Shown: one piece after another, positions 20,394 to 30,315 of the stretch | Numbering within the stretch: the stretch's first letter is position 1 | How the letters are laid out: every line of letters begins with the position of its first letter | Source of the DNA: Longimicrobiales bacterium | GTDB lineage: Bacteria; Gemmatimonadota; Gemmatimonadetes; Longimicrobiales; Gaopeijiaceae | Assembly: GCA_965248195.1 (NCBI GenBank) | Contig: CBDFIQ010000001.1 | Coordinates: forward strand, 1,248,001-1,312,000 | Length of the DNA: 64,000 bases | Direction: 5' to 3' | Made by a program: the position numbers and the translations under genes | The notes under the pieces: model-generated | What the model saw: only the letters and a program-made list of their open reading frames with translations | Databases searched by the model: none | Told to the model about the DNA's origin: nothing

Positions 20394-23173
20394 GCCTTCG
20401 TGACCGGCTCGCGGAATCGGGCCGTGGCGAGTTGAGGTCCTGTCGTGCACAAGCGAGTTACGCTGCGTCGTATCTCGTCTTGATCTTCTCAGCTTCGCTC
20501 GTATCGGCTTCGACCACAGCCGCCCAGGTGGGCTCCGTGGATGGCCGCAAGCAGGCGACGGTGGCCCGCGTGCCATCGAATTCGATCCGGGTCGACGGGC
20601 GTCTCGACGAAAGCGTGTGGGCCTTGGCTGCCCCGGTCGCCGACTTCGTCCAGAAGGAACCGATTGAAGGAGCGCCCCCCACCGAGCAGACCGAAATCCG
20701 GTTCGTCTACGACGACAACGCACTTTACGTCGGCGCCCGCATGTTCAGCAGCACGGGTCCATCGGGAATCCAGGCGCCGCTCGGCCGGCGAGATAGCCCG
20801 TATACTCCGCAGCGTCGATCCGGCGGCCAAGGTGGCGGCCGCGGTCGGGGCGGCGGGCGGGTCGTCTCGAGCAGCGACGGCAATGCTCAGCTCGCCGAGT
20901 ACATCCTCATCTCCCTGGATACCTACCTCGACCGTCGTACGGCGTACAGCTTTGGCGTGACGGCCTCGGGCGTGCGGCTCGACCACTATCACCTCTCCGA
21001 CAGCGAAGCGAGCATCGATCAGCGATTCGATCCGGTTTGGGAGGCGTCGGTGACGATCGATCAGGAGGGATGGACCGCTGAGATGTGGATTCCGTTCACC
21101 CAACTGCGTTTCATCGAGGGGCGCGAACAGACTTGGGGCTTGAACGTACACCGCTGGATCCCGTCGAAGAACGAAGACGACTACTGGGTGGCTGTGCCTC
21201 GAACGGAGGACTTTTGGGCTTCGCGCTTTGGCGAGCTCCGGGGAATCCGGGCTATCGACCAGAGCACCCGGCTCGAGGTGCTGCCCTACGTAACGGGCGG
21301 GTCAACAGTCCGGGGCAATACCGATCCTGCGAATCCATTTACCGACGCGCTCAACCTGGAGGGGCGGATCGGGGCAGACTTCAAGATGGGAGTGGGGCCC
21401 AATCTGACGCTGGATGCCACGGTGACACCGGACTTCGGGCAGGTGGAGGTGGATCCCGCCGTCGTCAACCTCAGCGACCGCGAGGTAATCTTTCCCGAGC
21501 GACGTCCATTCTTCACTGAGGGAAGCGCCCTGCTCAACGGTCCGACCACCAACTATTTCCATTCGCGGCGAATCGGAGCGACTCCGCAAGGGACGGCAGC
21601 GGGCGACTTCGTCGATTTCCCGGGCGTTGCGACCATCCTGGGAGCCGCGAAGCTGACCGGACGGCTCTCCACCGGCACGTCGGTGGGCGTCCTGGGAGCT
21701 GTCACGGGGGCGGAACACTCGCAAACCTTCGACCTCGCGTCCGGAACGTTCGACGAAGTACGTGTCGCACCTCGAACCGTTTACGGTGTGGTACGGATCC
21801 AACAGGAGTTCGGCGCGGCTGGATCGACGGCGAGCCTCATCGCGACCGGCGTTCAACGCGACCTCGAACCCCGTGATCCCCTGGCAGCACTGCTGCGTCG
21901 CCATGCGCTGATGGTGGGCGGCGAGGCCCTACTGCGGCTCGGTGGAGGTGCCTACGAGGTTTCAATCAGTGGAGGTCTCACTCGCGTCGATGGAGACAAG
22001 GAAGCCATCCTGCGCGCTCAGCGAGCGAGCGAGCGGTACTTTCAACGGCCCGACGCCACCCATGTGGAGGTGGACCCGAACAGACTCAGCATGACCGGGG
22101 GCAAGGCCACGGTGGACGCCCGAAAGGTCAGCGGCACCCACTGGCTTTGGGATACCTCAGTCGACTTCGAATCCCCCGACCTTGTCCTCAACGACGTGGG
22201 GCGTCTGGGCACGGGCGATGGGATCATGGCTCGGACGGGGCTGACCTATCGTGAGACCCAGCCTGGGGAACGGCTCAGAAGCTATCGTTTCAGGGTCGGT
22301 CAGACCTCCGAATGGAATTATGGTGGCGAGCGCCAATTCACGAGATTGAGCTCCGATGCCGCACTCACGTGGAGCAACTTCTGGACGACACGCGTATCGA
22401 CGCAATTCAGCACACGCGCCCAGGATCATCGCCTGACAAGGGGAGGTCCGTCGGTTGGAACGGCGCGAGGCTGGTCGTCGTCGATCGATCTCGAAAACAA
22501 CCCTACGGACCAGACCCGGTGGAGTGCCGCCCTGCAGTACGGACGGGACGAGTGGGGAGGGATGACCGGGGGCGTCGAAGGAAGCATCGCGATGGTTCCC
22601 GGGCCACGGTGGCAGCTGTCACTCCGACCCTCGTATGAACGCGAGGTGAATCCGAGACAGTACGTGACCGAGCTGAGCGGAGGGGCGCCGGCTACGTACG
22701 GCAACCGGTACATCTTCGGATTCATCGATCGCACCACGCTCGCCACGGAGGTACGCGTGAACTTCACCCTCATGCCCGACCTCAACCTGGATCTTTACGC
22801 CCAGCCCTTCGCGGCGAGCGGTCGTTATTACGACTTGGGCGAGCTACCTGAGCCACGCAGCCGGAATCTAAGGACCTACGGTACGGATGGAACGACCCTC
22901 GAGCGCCGCCCAGACGGAGATTACGAAGTCACCGACGGCGTGGATACGTTCCTTCTTACGAATCTGGATTTCAACGTGCGCTCTTTCCGCAGCACCAGTG
23001 TTCTCCGGTGGGAGTGGCGCCCCGGGAGCACGCTCTACGTCGTTTGGCAGCAGGATCGCTCGGGTCTCGAAGAAATCGGCGCACGCGCGGGTCCGGGCGA
23101 CTTGTTCGGGTCACTCACGGCTTCCGGCGACAACTTTTTCGCCGTCAAAGTGAGTTATTGGCTGGGCGTTTAA
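20390..23173 (+). CDS. DUF5916 outer-membrane protein with N-terminal CBM9-like domain
   Basis: IRVDGRLDE, GWTAEMWIPFTQLRF, PDFGQVEVDPAVVNL, LRWEWRPGSTLYVVWQQ, KVSYW. Confidence 0.88.
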   Translation: MSLRDRLAESGRGELRSCRAQASYAASYLVLIFSASLVSASTTAAQVGSVDGRKQATVARVPSNSIRVDGRLDESVWALAAPVADFVQKEPIEGAPPTEQTEIRFVYDDNALYVGARMFSSTGPSGIQAPLGRRDSPYTPQRRSGGQGGGRGRGGGRVVSSSDGNAQLAEYILISLDTYLDRRTAYSFGVTASGVRLDHYHLSDSEASIDQRFDPVWEASVTIDQEGWTAEMWIPFTQLRFIEGREQTWGLNVHRWIPSKNEDDYWVAVPRTEDFWASRFGELRGIRAIDQSTRLEVLPYVTGGSTVRGNTDPANPFTDALNLEGRIGADFKMGVGPNLTLDATVTPDFGQVEVDPAVVNLSDREVIFPERRPFFTEGSALLNGPTTNYFHSRRIGATPQGTAAGDFVDFPGVATILGAAKLTGRLSTGTSVGVLGAVTGAEHSQTFDLASGTFDEVRVAPRTVYGVVRIQQEFGAAGSTASLIATGVQRDLEPRDPLAALLRRHALMVGGEALLRLGGGAYEVSISGGLTRVDGDKEAILRAQRASERYFQRPDATHVEVDPNRLSMTGGKATVDARKVSGTHWLWDTSVDFESPDLVLNDVGRLGTGDGIMARTGLTYRETQPGERLRSYRFRVGQTSEWNYGGERQFTRLSSDAALTWSNFWTTRVSTQFSTRAQDHRLTRGGPSVGTARGWSSSIDLENNPTDQTRWSAALQYGRDEWGGMTGGVEGSIAMVPGPRWQLSLRPSYEREVNPRQYVTELSGGAPATYGNRYIFGFIDRTTLATEVRVNFTLMPDLNLDLYAQPFAASGRYYDLGELPEPRSRNLRTYGTDGTTLERRPDGDYEVTDGVDTFLLTNLDFNVRSFRSTSVLRWEWRPGSTLYVVWQQDRSGLEEIGARAGPGDLFGSLTASGDNFFAVKVSYWLGV

Positions 23174-23264
23174 ATCAATGGCCGCTGCTTTGCGGAAAAA
23201 AATGGTGTGACGTATTCTACCTTGGCGTCCACCATCGGGAGCGTTCTGGAAGGGAAGAGTTACG

Positions 23265-24332
23265 ATGTCACTACATACTTGCAAGAGACCGAGTCTCCTC
23301 CTGTCACTGATCATCGGTCTGATATCACTTTCGGCAGTGACAACCCACGCGCAGGGCCGAGTGGAGCCTATCAACGATCTCCCACATCCCTATGAAACCA
23401 CGAGAAATTGGGGCACGCTGGGGGGGGAAAGGGAATTGGGGTCGACGAGCGGGATTCACGTCGATCGTGACGGCAGGTCCATTTGGGCTTTCGAGAGGTG
23501 CGGTGGAGGTTCCTGCATCGGTTCTGGTGTGGATCCCATCCTCAAATTGGATGAGTCCGGAAACCTCCTTCGTTCCTTCGGCGCGGCGATGTTCGTATAC
23601 CCGCACGGCATCCATGTGGATCGGGACGGAAACGTGTGGGTGGCTGACGCCCGAGGCCCGAGTGAGCGAGAAATTGAGAGGTACCCGGACGCGAGACGGA
23701 AGGGCCAGCAGGTCGTCAAATTCAGTCCGGAAGGTGAGGTCCTCTTGATACTGGGAACGCCAGGCGTCACCGGAGACCCACCACGAGCCTTGACCGAGCC
23801 GACGGACGTTGTCACCGCTCCGAATGGCGACATCTTTGTCGCCGAAGGCCACGCCGGGACGGGGGTCGCACGTGTCTCGAAGTTTGCACCCGACGGGACG
23901 TTCATCAAGAGCTGGGGATCGTTGGGGTCCGACCGGGGCGAATTCAGGGTGACCCATAATCTTGCCATGGATTCGCAGGGCCGACTCTTCGTGGCCGATC
24001 GGCTGAACTACAGAGTCCAGATCTTCGATCAGGAGGGGAATCTCCTCGACGTGTGGAAGCAGTTCGGTCAACCGAGCGGGCTCTACATCGACGACAACGA
24101 CGTGCTTTACGTGGCCGACTCCCACTCCTGGGGGCCCAACAACAGGGGGTGGAGGAAGGGCATCAGGATCGGGAGCGTGCGCGACGGGACGGTTAAATAT
24201 TTTTTGCCCGATCTCGAGTCGACCACTCACGCCAACAGCGGAGCGGAGGGCGTCACGGCCGACGCACAGGGCAATGTGTATGGGGGGATCGTGCGCAGGC
24301 GAGGGATAGAGAAACACGTTCTACGCAATTAG
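23265..24332 (+). CDS. NHL-repeat PAL-like protein
   Basis: Signal peptide; YPHGIHVD, PTDVVTAPNGDIFVAEGH, ADRLNYRVQIFD. Confidence 0.88.
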   Translation: MSLHTCKRPSLLLSLIIGLISLSAVTTHAQGRVEPINDLPHPYETTRNWGTLGGERELGSTSGIHVDRDGRSIWAFERCGGGSCIGSGVDPILKLDESGNLLRSFGAAMFVYPHGIHVDRDGNVWVADARGPSEREIERYPDARRKGQQVVKFSPEGEVLLILGTPGVTGDPPRALTEPTDVVTAPNGDIFVAEGHAGTGVARVSKFAPDGTFIKSWGSLGSDRGEFRVTHNLAMDSQGRLFVADRLNYRVQIFDQEGNLLDVWKQFGQPSGLYIDDNDVLYVADSHSWGPNNRGWRKGIRIGSVRDGTVKYFLPDLESTTHANSGAEGVTADAQGNVYGGIVRRRGIEKHVLRN

Positions 24333-24346
24333 TCCGGAATCTTAAC

Positions 24347-26404
24347 ATGACGAGGAAAACCATGACTCCACTCCTGAACGGCTCCAGCCTCTCGCTTGTC
24401 CGGCTCGGCTCGATCACCGCTGTCTCGCTCATGTTGTTCTTGGGTGCGGGAAGTGTGGTCACCGCCCAGGAGCCCTACAACCCCCGTGGAGAGTGGCGGT
24501 ATTGGGGAGGGGGCCCATGGACCACTCGTTACTCGCCCTTGGACGAGATCAACGCTGACAACTTCGAGGATCTCGAGGTGGCCTGGCTCTGGAGGGGCGA
24601 CAACTTTGGCCCCAGTCCAGACTACGTTTTTCGGTCGACACCCATCTACGTCGACGGAAAGTTATTCACCGTGGCCGGAGCGCGCCGGACGGTGGTCGCT
24701 ATAGATCCCTCCACAGGCGAGACCCTGTGGAGCTTCCGGGAGCCCCACACGCTTCGCTACGACCGCTCGGAGCGGTACAACTACGGCAAGGGCGTGGCCT
24801 ACGCGGAAGTGGATGGCCGCGGTGTGATCTACGTGACCACGCCTGCGTTCTTCCTTCACGCTCTCGACGCTGAAACGGGCCGGCCACTGGAGGGCTTCGG
24901 AGCGAGGGTGCCGATCGACGGATTCCCCGAAACGGGCACGGTGGACCTCCTGGCGGACCTCGGCCATCCCTATGACCCGCATGAGGGAATCGACCGGCGC
25001 GTCGGCAACATCACCGCTTCTTCGCCGCCCATCGTTGTGAACGGCGTGGTGGTTATTGGAAACTCCTCCTCTCGAGGCCGCTACAACACCCGCATAGAAA
25101 ACGTGCCTGGGGATATTCTGGCTTATGACGCGCGGACCGGTGAACACCTATGGAAGTTCAAGACCATTCCTGGGCCCGGCGAATTCGGCCACGACACGTG
25201 GGAGAACGACGCTTGGTCCTGGACTGGCAACGTCAATGCTTGGCCCCCTCTGTCCGCCGACCCGGAGTTGGGCCTCGTCTACATTCCCACCGATGCGCCG
25301 ACAAACGACTACTACGGCGGGTTCCGCCCAGGCGACAACTTATTCGCCAACAGCATCGTCGCCCTGGACGTGCAGACTGGGGAACGGGTGTGGCACTTCC
25401 AGACGGTCCACCACGACGTATGGGACTGGGACCAGCCAGTGGCACCCAACTTGGTCGACGTCACGGTAAACGGGCGGAGGATCAGGGCATTGGTGCAGAC
25501 AACGAAACAAGCGTTCGCCTACGTACTGGATCGGGCGACGGGTGAGCCTGTGTGGCCAATCGTTGAGCGCCCCGTCACGCCGTCGGAGGTCCCCGGCGAG
25601 CAGCTCTCGCCGACGCAGCCGCACCCGACTCTACCGGCTGGCTACGAGCTTCAGGGAATTACAGAGGACGACCTCATCGATTTTACTCCTGAACTCCGGG
25701 AAATGGCACTCGAGATCGCGAGCGAGTTTCAGCTCGGACCGCTGTTCACACCGGCCTTGCCTGTGGACAATGCTGCCGGGCTCCGAGGGTCGGTCACTTG
25801 CCCGGGGAGTGGAGGTGGGACGAACATTGCTGGCGGTGCCGCGGTGGATCCAGAGACGGGAATCATGTATGTGGCATCCGTCAAGGGGTGCAGCGGTAGG
25901 GCCATGGTTCCGGGAACCGAGCGGGACGTTCCGGAGTCCATCTTCACCTTCGGTGAGACGGTCTCGGAATGGGCTGCGGGCGGTGGCGGCTTCGGCAATG
26001 TGGACGGTCTCCCGATCTTCAAGCCACCGTACGGCCGGATCACCGCCATCGATCTGAACACCGGCGAGCACCTCTGGTGGATCCCCAACGGAGACACTCC
26101 GGAACGGATCAGGAATCACCCCCGACTTCAGGGGATAGAGCTTCCGAATACCGGGCAGGGGAGTCATGCCACGGTACTGGTGACCGAGAGCCTCCTCATG
26201 TACGGAGAGGGCCGCGGGGGAGAGCCCCATTTCCACGCAGTGGACAAGCGCACGGGGGAGCGGCTTGGAACGATCGAGCTTCCGGCACCATCCAGTACTG
26301 CTCCCATGACGTTCTTGCACGAGGGTCGACAGTACATCGTCGTTCCGATCGCGTCGGGGCAGGCGGGGATTGCTGGGTCGCTTATTGCGGTACGGCTTCC
26401 GTGA
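24347..26404 (+). CDS. PQQ-dependent dehydrogenase (soluble, glucose/quinate dehydrogenase-like)
   Basis: RYSPLDEINADN, WHFQTVHHDVWDWD, KPPYGRITAIDLNTGEHLW, PMTFLHEGRQYIV. Confidence 0.9.
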   Translation: MTRKTMTPLLNGSSLSLVRLGSITAVSLMLFLGAGSVVTAQEPYNPRGEWRYWGGGPWTTRYSPLDEINADNFEDLEVAWLWRGDNFGPSPDYVFRSTPIYVDGKLFTVAGARRTVVAIDPSTGETLWSFREPHTLRYDRSERYNYGKGVAYAEVDGRGVIYVTTPAFFLHALDAETGRPLEGFGARVPIDGFPETGTVDLLADLGHPYDPHEGIDRRVGNITASSPPIVVNGVVVIGNSSSRGRYNTRIENVPGDILAYDARTGEHLWKFKTIPGPGEFGHDTWENDAWSWTGNVNAWPPLSADPELGLVYIPTDAPTNDYYGGFRPGDNLFANSIVALDVQTGERVWHFQTVHHDVWDWDQPVAPNLVDVTVNGRRIRALVQTTKQAFAYVLDRATGEPVWPIVERPVTPSEVPGEQLSPTQPHPTLPAGYELQGITEDDLIDFTPELREMALEIASEFQLGPLFTPALPVDNAAGLRGSVTCPGSGGGTNIAGGAAVDPETGIMYVASVKGCSGRAMVPGTERDVPESIFTFGETVSEWAAGGGGFGNVDGLPIFKPPYGRITAIDLNTGEHLWWIPNGDTPERIRNHPRLQGIELPNTGQGSHATVLVTESLLMYGEGRGGEPHFHAVDKRTGERLGTIELPAPSSTAPMTFLHEGRQYIVVPIASGQAGIAGSLIAVRLP

Positions 26405-26420
26405 CGGCGCCTGCTGGCCT

Positions 26421-27266
26421 CTATCTATTCCCGCCCGTGTTCGTTTCAATCAGGATCACCCCATTGGACGCATTCGCGAACTGGGCGCCGGCGGAAGGAC
26501 CCCGGAGGACGCGGATACGCGCTACTACACTCGCAGGAATGAGCTCTAAGACATGGAGAAAGGAGGATCCGGAGCGCCCGTCATACGCTAGAGCGCCATC
26601 GACATAAATGGCGGGATCATTCGTCAGGGATATCGAAGTCGCACCCCGGATTCGAATCTGGACCCCGCTGCCCAGTGCGCCATCTTGACCCCTGATCTCC
26701 AGGCCGGGGACCTTCTCGGCGAGGAGATCGGCCGCAGTATGCGAAAGGTCGGTGTCGCTAAGGACGACCTCCGCCACGGAAGACCCGGAGCGCCTCGACG
26801 CCCGCTGGGCGACCACCACAAGCTCTTCCAGAACCACCTCGACGCGGCCGAGACGGATCTGAACAAGGCCCACCTCGGCCGGCGTGACTTCAATTTTCTC
26901 TACCACCGAAGTGTAGCCGGGTAGCTCAGCCCGTAGAGTGATCTCACCTGCACTGAGATCGGAGACCAGGAACCCTCCGTTCTCGTCAGAGACCGTCTTG
27001 AAATCCGTATTGATCACCGAAACGACAGCGCCCGCAAGGGACGCACCGCTCGTTCCGTCCACGACAACGCCGACCAGGACACCACGAGCCTGGGCACCGA
27101 GAGGGAAGTTCGGAACGATGAGCAATGCCCCCAAAACGACGACGGCACGCAGGACCGGAACTTCTCGAACTGTGAAAATGACAGCCCCCCGTCGGATAAA
27201 GGTACGGAGCACTCGCAATGGCCCCGAATGGTGCTGGCTAGCCCGCGGGCCCCAGACTCTGTTCAT
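26421..27266 (-). CDS. Carboxypeptidase-regulatory-like domain + TonB plug domain, no beta-barrel (start uncertain)
   Basis: IRIRGATSI, DPAIYVDG, IRVLRGPSAGAQFANASNGVILIET then stop. Confidence 0.75.
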   Translation of the reverse strand: MNRVWGPRASQHHSGPLRVLRTFIRRGAVIFTVREVPVLRAVVVLGALLIVPNFPLGAQARGVLVGVVVDGTSGASLAGAVVSVINTDFKTVSDENGGFLVSDLSAGEITLRAELPGYTSVVEKIEVTPAEVGLVQIRLGRVEVVLEELVVVAQRASRRSGSSVAEVVLSDTDLSHTAADLLAEKVPGLEIRGQDGALGSGVQIRIRGATSISLTNDPAIYVDGALAYDGRSGSSFLHVLELIPASVVARIRVLRGPSAGAQFANASNGVILIETNTGGNR

Positions 27267-27409
27267 AAATCTGTACCCGGTGACGAAGCGAAAAGTGCCC
27301 CGCTGGCTCGTCCGGACTGCGTCTCTGGGGCCTCCTGATCCGACCGGATCGGCGACCCAGACCGTCAGCTCGCTGAAGGCCGAGTTAGAGGCATAGAAAC
27401 GAAGTAAGT

Positions 27410-27458
27410 GGAACCAAAAGGAGCCTCTCCATGGACATAGAGAGGCTCCTCTGGTCCC
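27410..27458 (-). terminator. Stem-loop terminator downstream of monooxygenase copy 1
   Basis: AGGAGCCTCTC / GAGAGGCTCCT core, extendable; U-rich tail on minus strand. Confidence 0.75.
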
Positions 27459-27501
27459 CACCGGCGTAAATACCAGTTAAGAAACCCAGTAAAGCTAGTC
27501 C

Positions 27502-28845
27502 TTAGCCACCGCCCTGCTGCGCGACCGTCTGGACCTCTCTTTCAGCCTTGAGCGTCTCGTAACCCTCATCGTCGAGGTGAGTTACGGCTATCCAGGCATG
27601 CGACATCTCGTCGGCCGTGCGGCTGCCCCGCCCGACCCAAACCTCCGGATCGGGGTTGTACGGATTGTTTTCCGTATTGTCATACCATGCGGTGAGAATC
27701 ATGACCGCACCGGTGGGCACCAACGGCGCCACATCCTCTTCGTACAGGTGGCTCAGGTGCCAATGCGCATTCCAATTGGAGATCATACTCACCATCTCCC
27801 GCTCGCCCGTCTCCGGGTAGAAGATCTCCAAGGACTTAGCGACCAGCCTCAGGTGCCCGTGTGGCTGGAAGCTGTCGATACGGACCGGGTGGTCCCACGT
27901 GTGGAACCCCTGGGTCATCGCAGTCCCGTGGGGAGCAATATCGAGGTCGCCCTCTAAGCGGTAATTGCGCAAACTCTGCTCATACTCGGGCTCATAACCC
28001 TCGGGATAAAGCCAGAAGGCGACCGACATCACGTCGTCCACGACCTCTTCGCCCATGGGGTAGAGGTGGATGCTCCAGCGCACATAGGAGTCGACAGGAA
28101 GCAGCCGCGCGGCGTCACTCGGGACAATCTCCCCGAGTTTTCCAAGCGCGTATTCGGTGAAACGACCACGCTGGCTCTTCAGCTCACCGTCTTCCATGAC
28201 GCTCATGGTGGTGTTGGCGTGGTGCACGACCTTATAACCCTCCAGGGACGGCTTGACCTCGATGGCCCTGATATACCGAGGCGTAGTGTTCCCGATGGGA
28301 ACGAGGGGCTCCCACCACAGGTCTTGGCCATCGGCCGGAACCGTAATGGGCTTCGACTCGACCACGATGTCCGGCTCTCCGTAGTCGTACTCGGCCGCCA
28401 GCCGCCACTCGCCGAGGTCAGGGAATCTCCGGGGGGGGGGCATGTCCGCCGGGTCGCCCTCGACGGCGCCCTGGTCGACCCACTGGGCGATCGTCTCGAT
28501 GTCTTCCGAAGACAGACGCTTGTCACTCTTCAGGGCCTGAACGCCCACATCGGTATCGTAGTGATACGGCGGCATTTGCTGCGTGGTCACCTTGAGCTTG
28601 ATCAGCGGTGCGTACAGCTTCGCCTGCTCGTAGGTAATCAGAGACATGGGCCCGATCGAGCCATCCCGATGGCACAGCTGACAGTTCTGCTGAAGAATCG
28701 GGGCTACGTCCCTCGTGAACGTGACGTGAGCCATCTCTTGGGAGAGGGCCTGTCCGTGAAAGGATGCGAGGGCGACGCTGACCACCGCGGGCACGCTAGC
28801 CCAGCCAACTCTCCGCCTCCATGAATCGGATCTCTTCTCTCTCAT
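27502..28845 (-). CDS. Heme c-fused copper type II monooxygenase (PHM/DBH-like), copy 1
   Basis: CQLCH, VVHHA, SIHLY, QPHGH, DEMSH; AGGAGAGG RBS. Confidence 0.85.
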   Translation of the reverse strand: MREKRSDSWRRRVGWASVPAVVSVALASFHGQALSQEMAHVTFTRDVAPILQQNCQLCHRDGSIGPMSLITYEQAKLYAPLIKLKVTTQQMPPYHYDTDVGVQALKSDKRLSSEDIETIAQWVDQGAVEGDPADMPPPRRFPDLGEWRLAAEYDYGEPDIVVESKPITVPADGQDLWWEPLVPIGNTTPRYIRAIEVKPSLEGYKVVHHANTTMSVMEDGELKSQRGRFTEYALGKLGEIVPSDAARLLPVDSYVRWSIHLYPMGEEVVDDVMSVAFWLYPEGYEPEYEQSLRNYRLEGDLDIAPHGTAMTQGFHTWDHPVRIDSFQPHGHLRLVAKSLEIFYPETGEREMVSMISNWNAHWHLSHLYEEDVAPLVPTGAVMILTAWYDNTENNPYNPDPEVWVGRGSRTADEMSHAWIAVTHLDDEGYETLKAEREVQTVAQQGGG

Positions 28846-29176
28846 CTTCCTCTCCTTTTATGCGGCAGGATCGTCACCGCAATGCAATTGCCCCCCCCAA
28901 AACACCACTCCAATATGATTCTCAGCGACGGAGCTTGCTCACGTCACTGGACTCGACAGCACTAAAACGAGGTAAATCCCGGTATCTCACCACACCATCA
29001 CACTACCTTCTGGCATTGTCAAGTGTTCCTAACCAAACAAACCTGAGGGCCCCGTTCGGGCCCCCGTAAGCGTACTTCGCCAACACCTCAGCCTCCTCTC
29101 CGGCTAAATATTGTGCCGTCAGGATCCGCCGCTGCCGGGCCGAAAACGACAGGGCCGCGTAGCGAGCGGTAGGCCG

Positions 29177-30133
29177 CTAAGGGGATACCGTTACGCGGAT
29201 GTACCCGTTCGTCCAGCAACATTGGTCGCCGGGGGAGCCTTCGAGGGGGTTAAAGCTATCGACGCGGACGCGCAGGATGTATGTGCCGGGTTCGCCGAAC
29301 GTCGCCGTCGTTGTGGCTTCACCATCTTCGTCGGGCTCCGGCTCCCCGCGTTCACCATCTTCGTCGGGCTCCGGCTCCTCGCCAAACTCTGCCGGACTAG
29401 GTCCCTGATGCGTGTACCATTTCACACCAGGAGTAATACGCTCTCGATCACTCCCTACCCCCCGGGCCTCCGGGTCAAACCGATCAGCGACCCAGACCGT
29501 CAGCGTCAGCGGTGTGCCGACGGACGCGGCCATGGGAAGGGGATTCCGAACGCTTCCAATCGGGCTCTCTCCCTCTAACGCCACTGGATCGGTAGCGGGA
29601 TTGCCGGATGTAGACATCGGGCCCCAGAGTTCGAGCCCATTCCGGCTCAACTTGAGCATCGGGGGCAGGGAGCCCATCGCCATCGCACCGTGACTGAGGG
29701 CATAGGCGCCTATCCCGATCCTTCCCGGGACTGAATGTGTCACGCCATGAGCGGTAATCGTCCAGACCACCCTGCCGCCGCTTTCCGCAAAATCCCCCGG
29801 CAAGGTGATGGTGAAGACACCATTATCCCGACGCGGCGAGAAGAGAGTAGGTTGTGTCCCATTGAACTCGGCTGGTTCGATAGAGTTGTCCGGCCCGACG
29901 GGGAGGCTCACTACCTCTTCCCGATTGCGGTTGAAGTATCCGAATGAGACCGTATAGGTGCCGTTCGCATTCGGGTACCATCCCTCAAAAAAAGGGGTTA
30001 CAGCGAGACCGTGGGTAGCCAAGTTTCGCTGCTGCGCTGACAGCGGCCTTCTATCCTGTGCGTCCAGGGGTGCCCAACTCAGAACGGCAAGCGCCAGTGC
30101 GAGGCATCCGACGCATACACGGTGCTTCATCAT
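29177..30133 (-). CDS. Exported hypothetical CCWTNGY protein, paralog of 8377..9276
   Basis: AAGGAG RBS before ATG 30133; FFEGWYPN, QPTLF, TATFGEPGTY, QCCWTNGY. Confidence 0.85.
   Translation of the reverse strand: MMKHRVCVGCLALALAVLSWAPLDAQDRRPLSAQQRNLATHGLAVTPFFEGWYPNANGTYTVSFGYFNRNREEVVSLPVGPDNSIEPAEFNGTQPTLFSPRRDNGVFTITLPGDFAESGGRVVWTITAHGVTHSVPGRIGIGAYALSHGAMAMGSLPPMLKLSRNGLELWGPMSTSGNPATDPVALEGESPIGSVRNPLPMAASVGTPLTLTVWVADRFDPEARGVGSDRERITPGVKWYTHQGPSPAEFGEEPEPDEDGERGEPEPDEDGEATTTATFGEPGTYILRVRVDSFNPLEGSPGDQCCWTNGYIRVTVSP
29318..29378. repeat. In-frame tandem duplication, 33-nt period (EPEPDEDGE x2)
   Basis: TTCACCATCTTCGTCGGGCTCCGGCTCC at 29318 and 29351. Confidence 0.9.
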
Positions 30134-30228
30134 CGACTCCTTATTCATCAATGTGGCTTTCACTCAACTCTACGGCGACACGCCCGCTCGCTGAAGGCCG
30201 AGTCCGGGGCGTAGAAACGAAATAAATG

Positions 30229-30275
30229 GGGACCAGAGGAGCCTCTCGATAAACATGAGAAGCTCCTCTGGTCCC
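30229..30275 (-). terminator. Stem-loop terminator downstream of monooxygenase copy 2
   Basis: GGGACCAGAGGAGC / GCTCCTCTGGTCCC stem, U-rich tail on minus strand. Confidence 0.8.
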
Positions 30276-30315
30276 TACCGGCGTAAAACGCTAGTACAAC
30301 AACACCTACCTACTC

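Larger units (their letters stand above)
27368..28876. repeat. Copy 1 of ~1.5 kb segmental duplication (monooxygenase gene with RBS and terminator)
   Basis: Near-identical to 30186..31690. Confidence 0.95.

Noticed and set aside
1..24332. Classical polysaccharide utilisation locus
   Set aside because: No glycoside hydrolase, lyase or sulfatase recognised near either SusC/SusD pair
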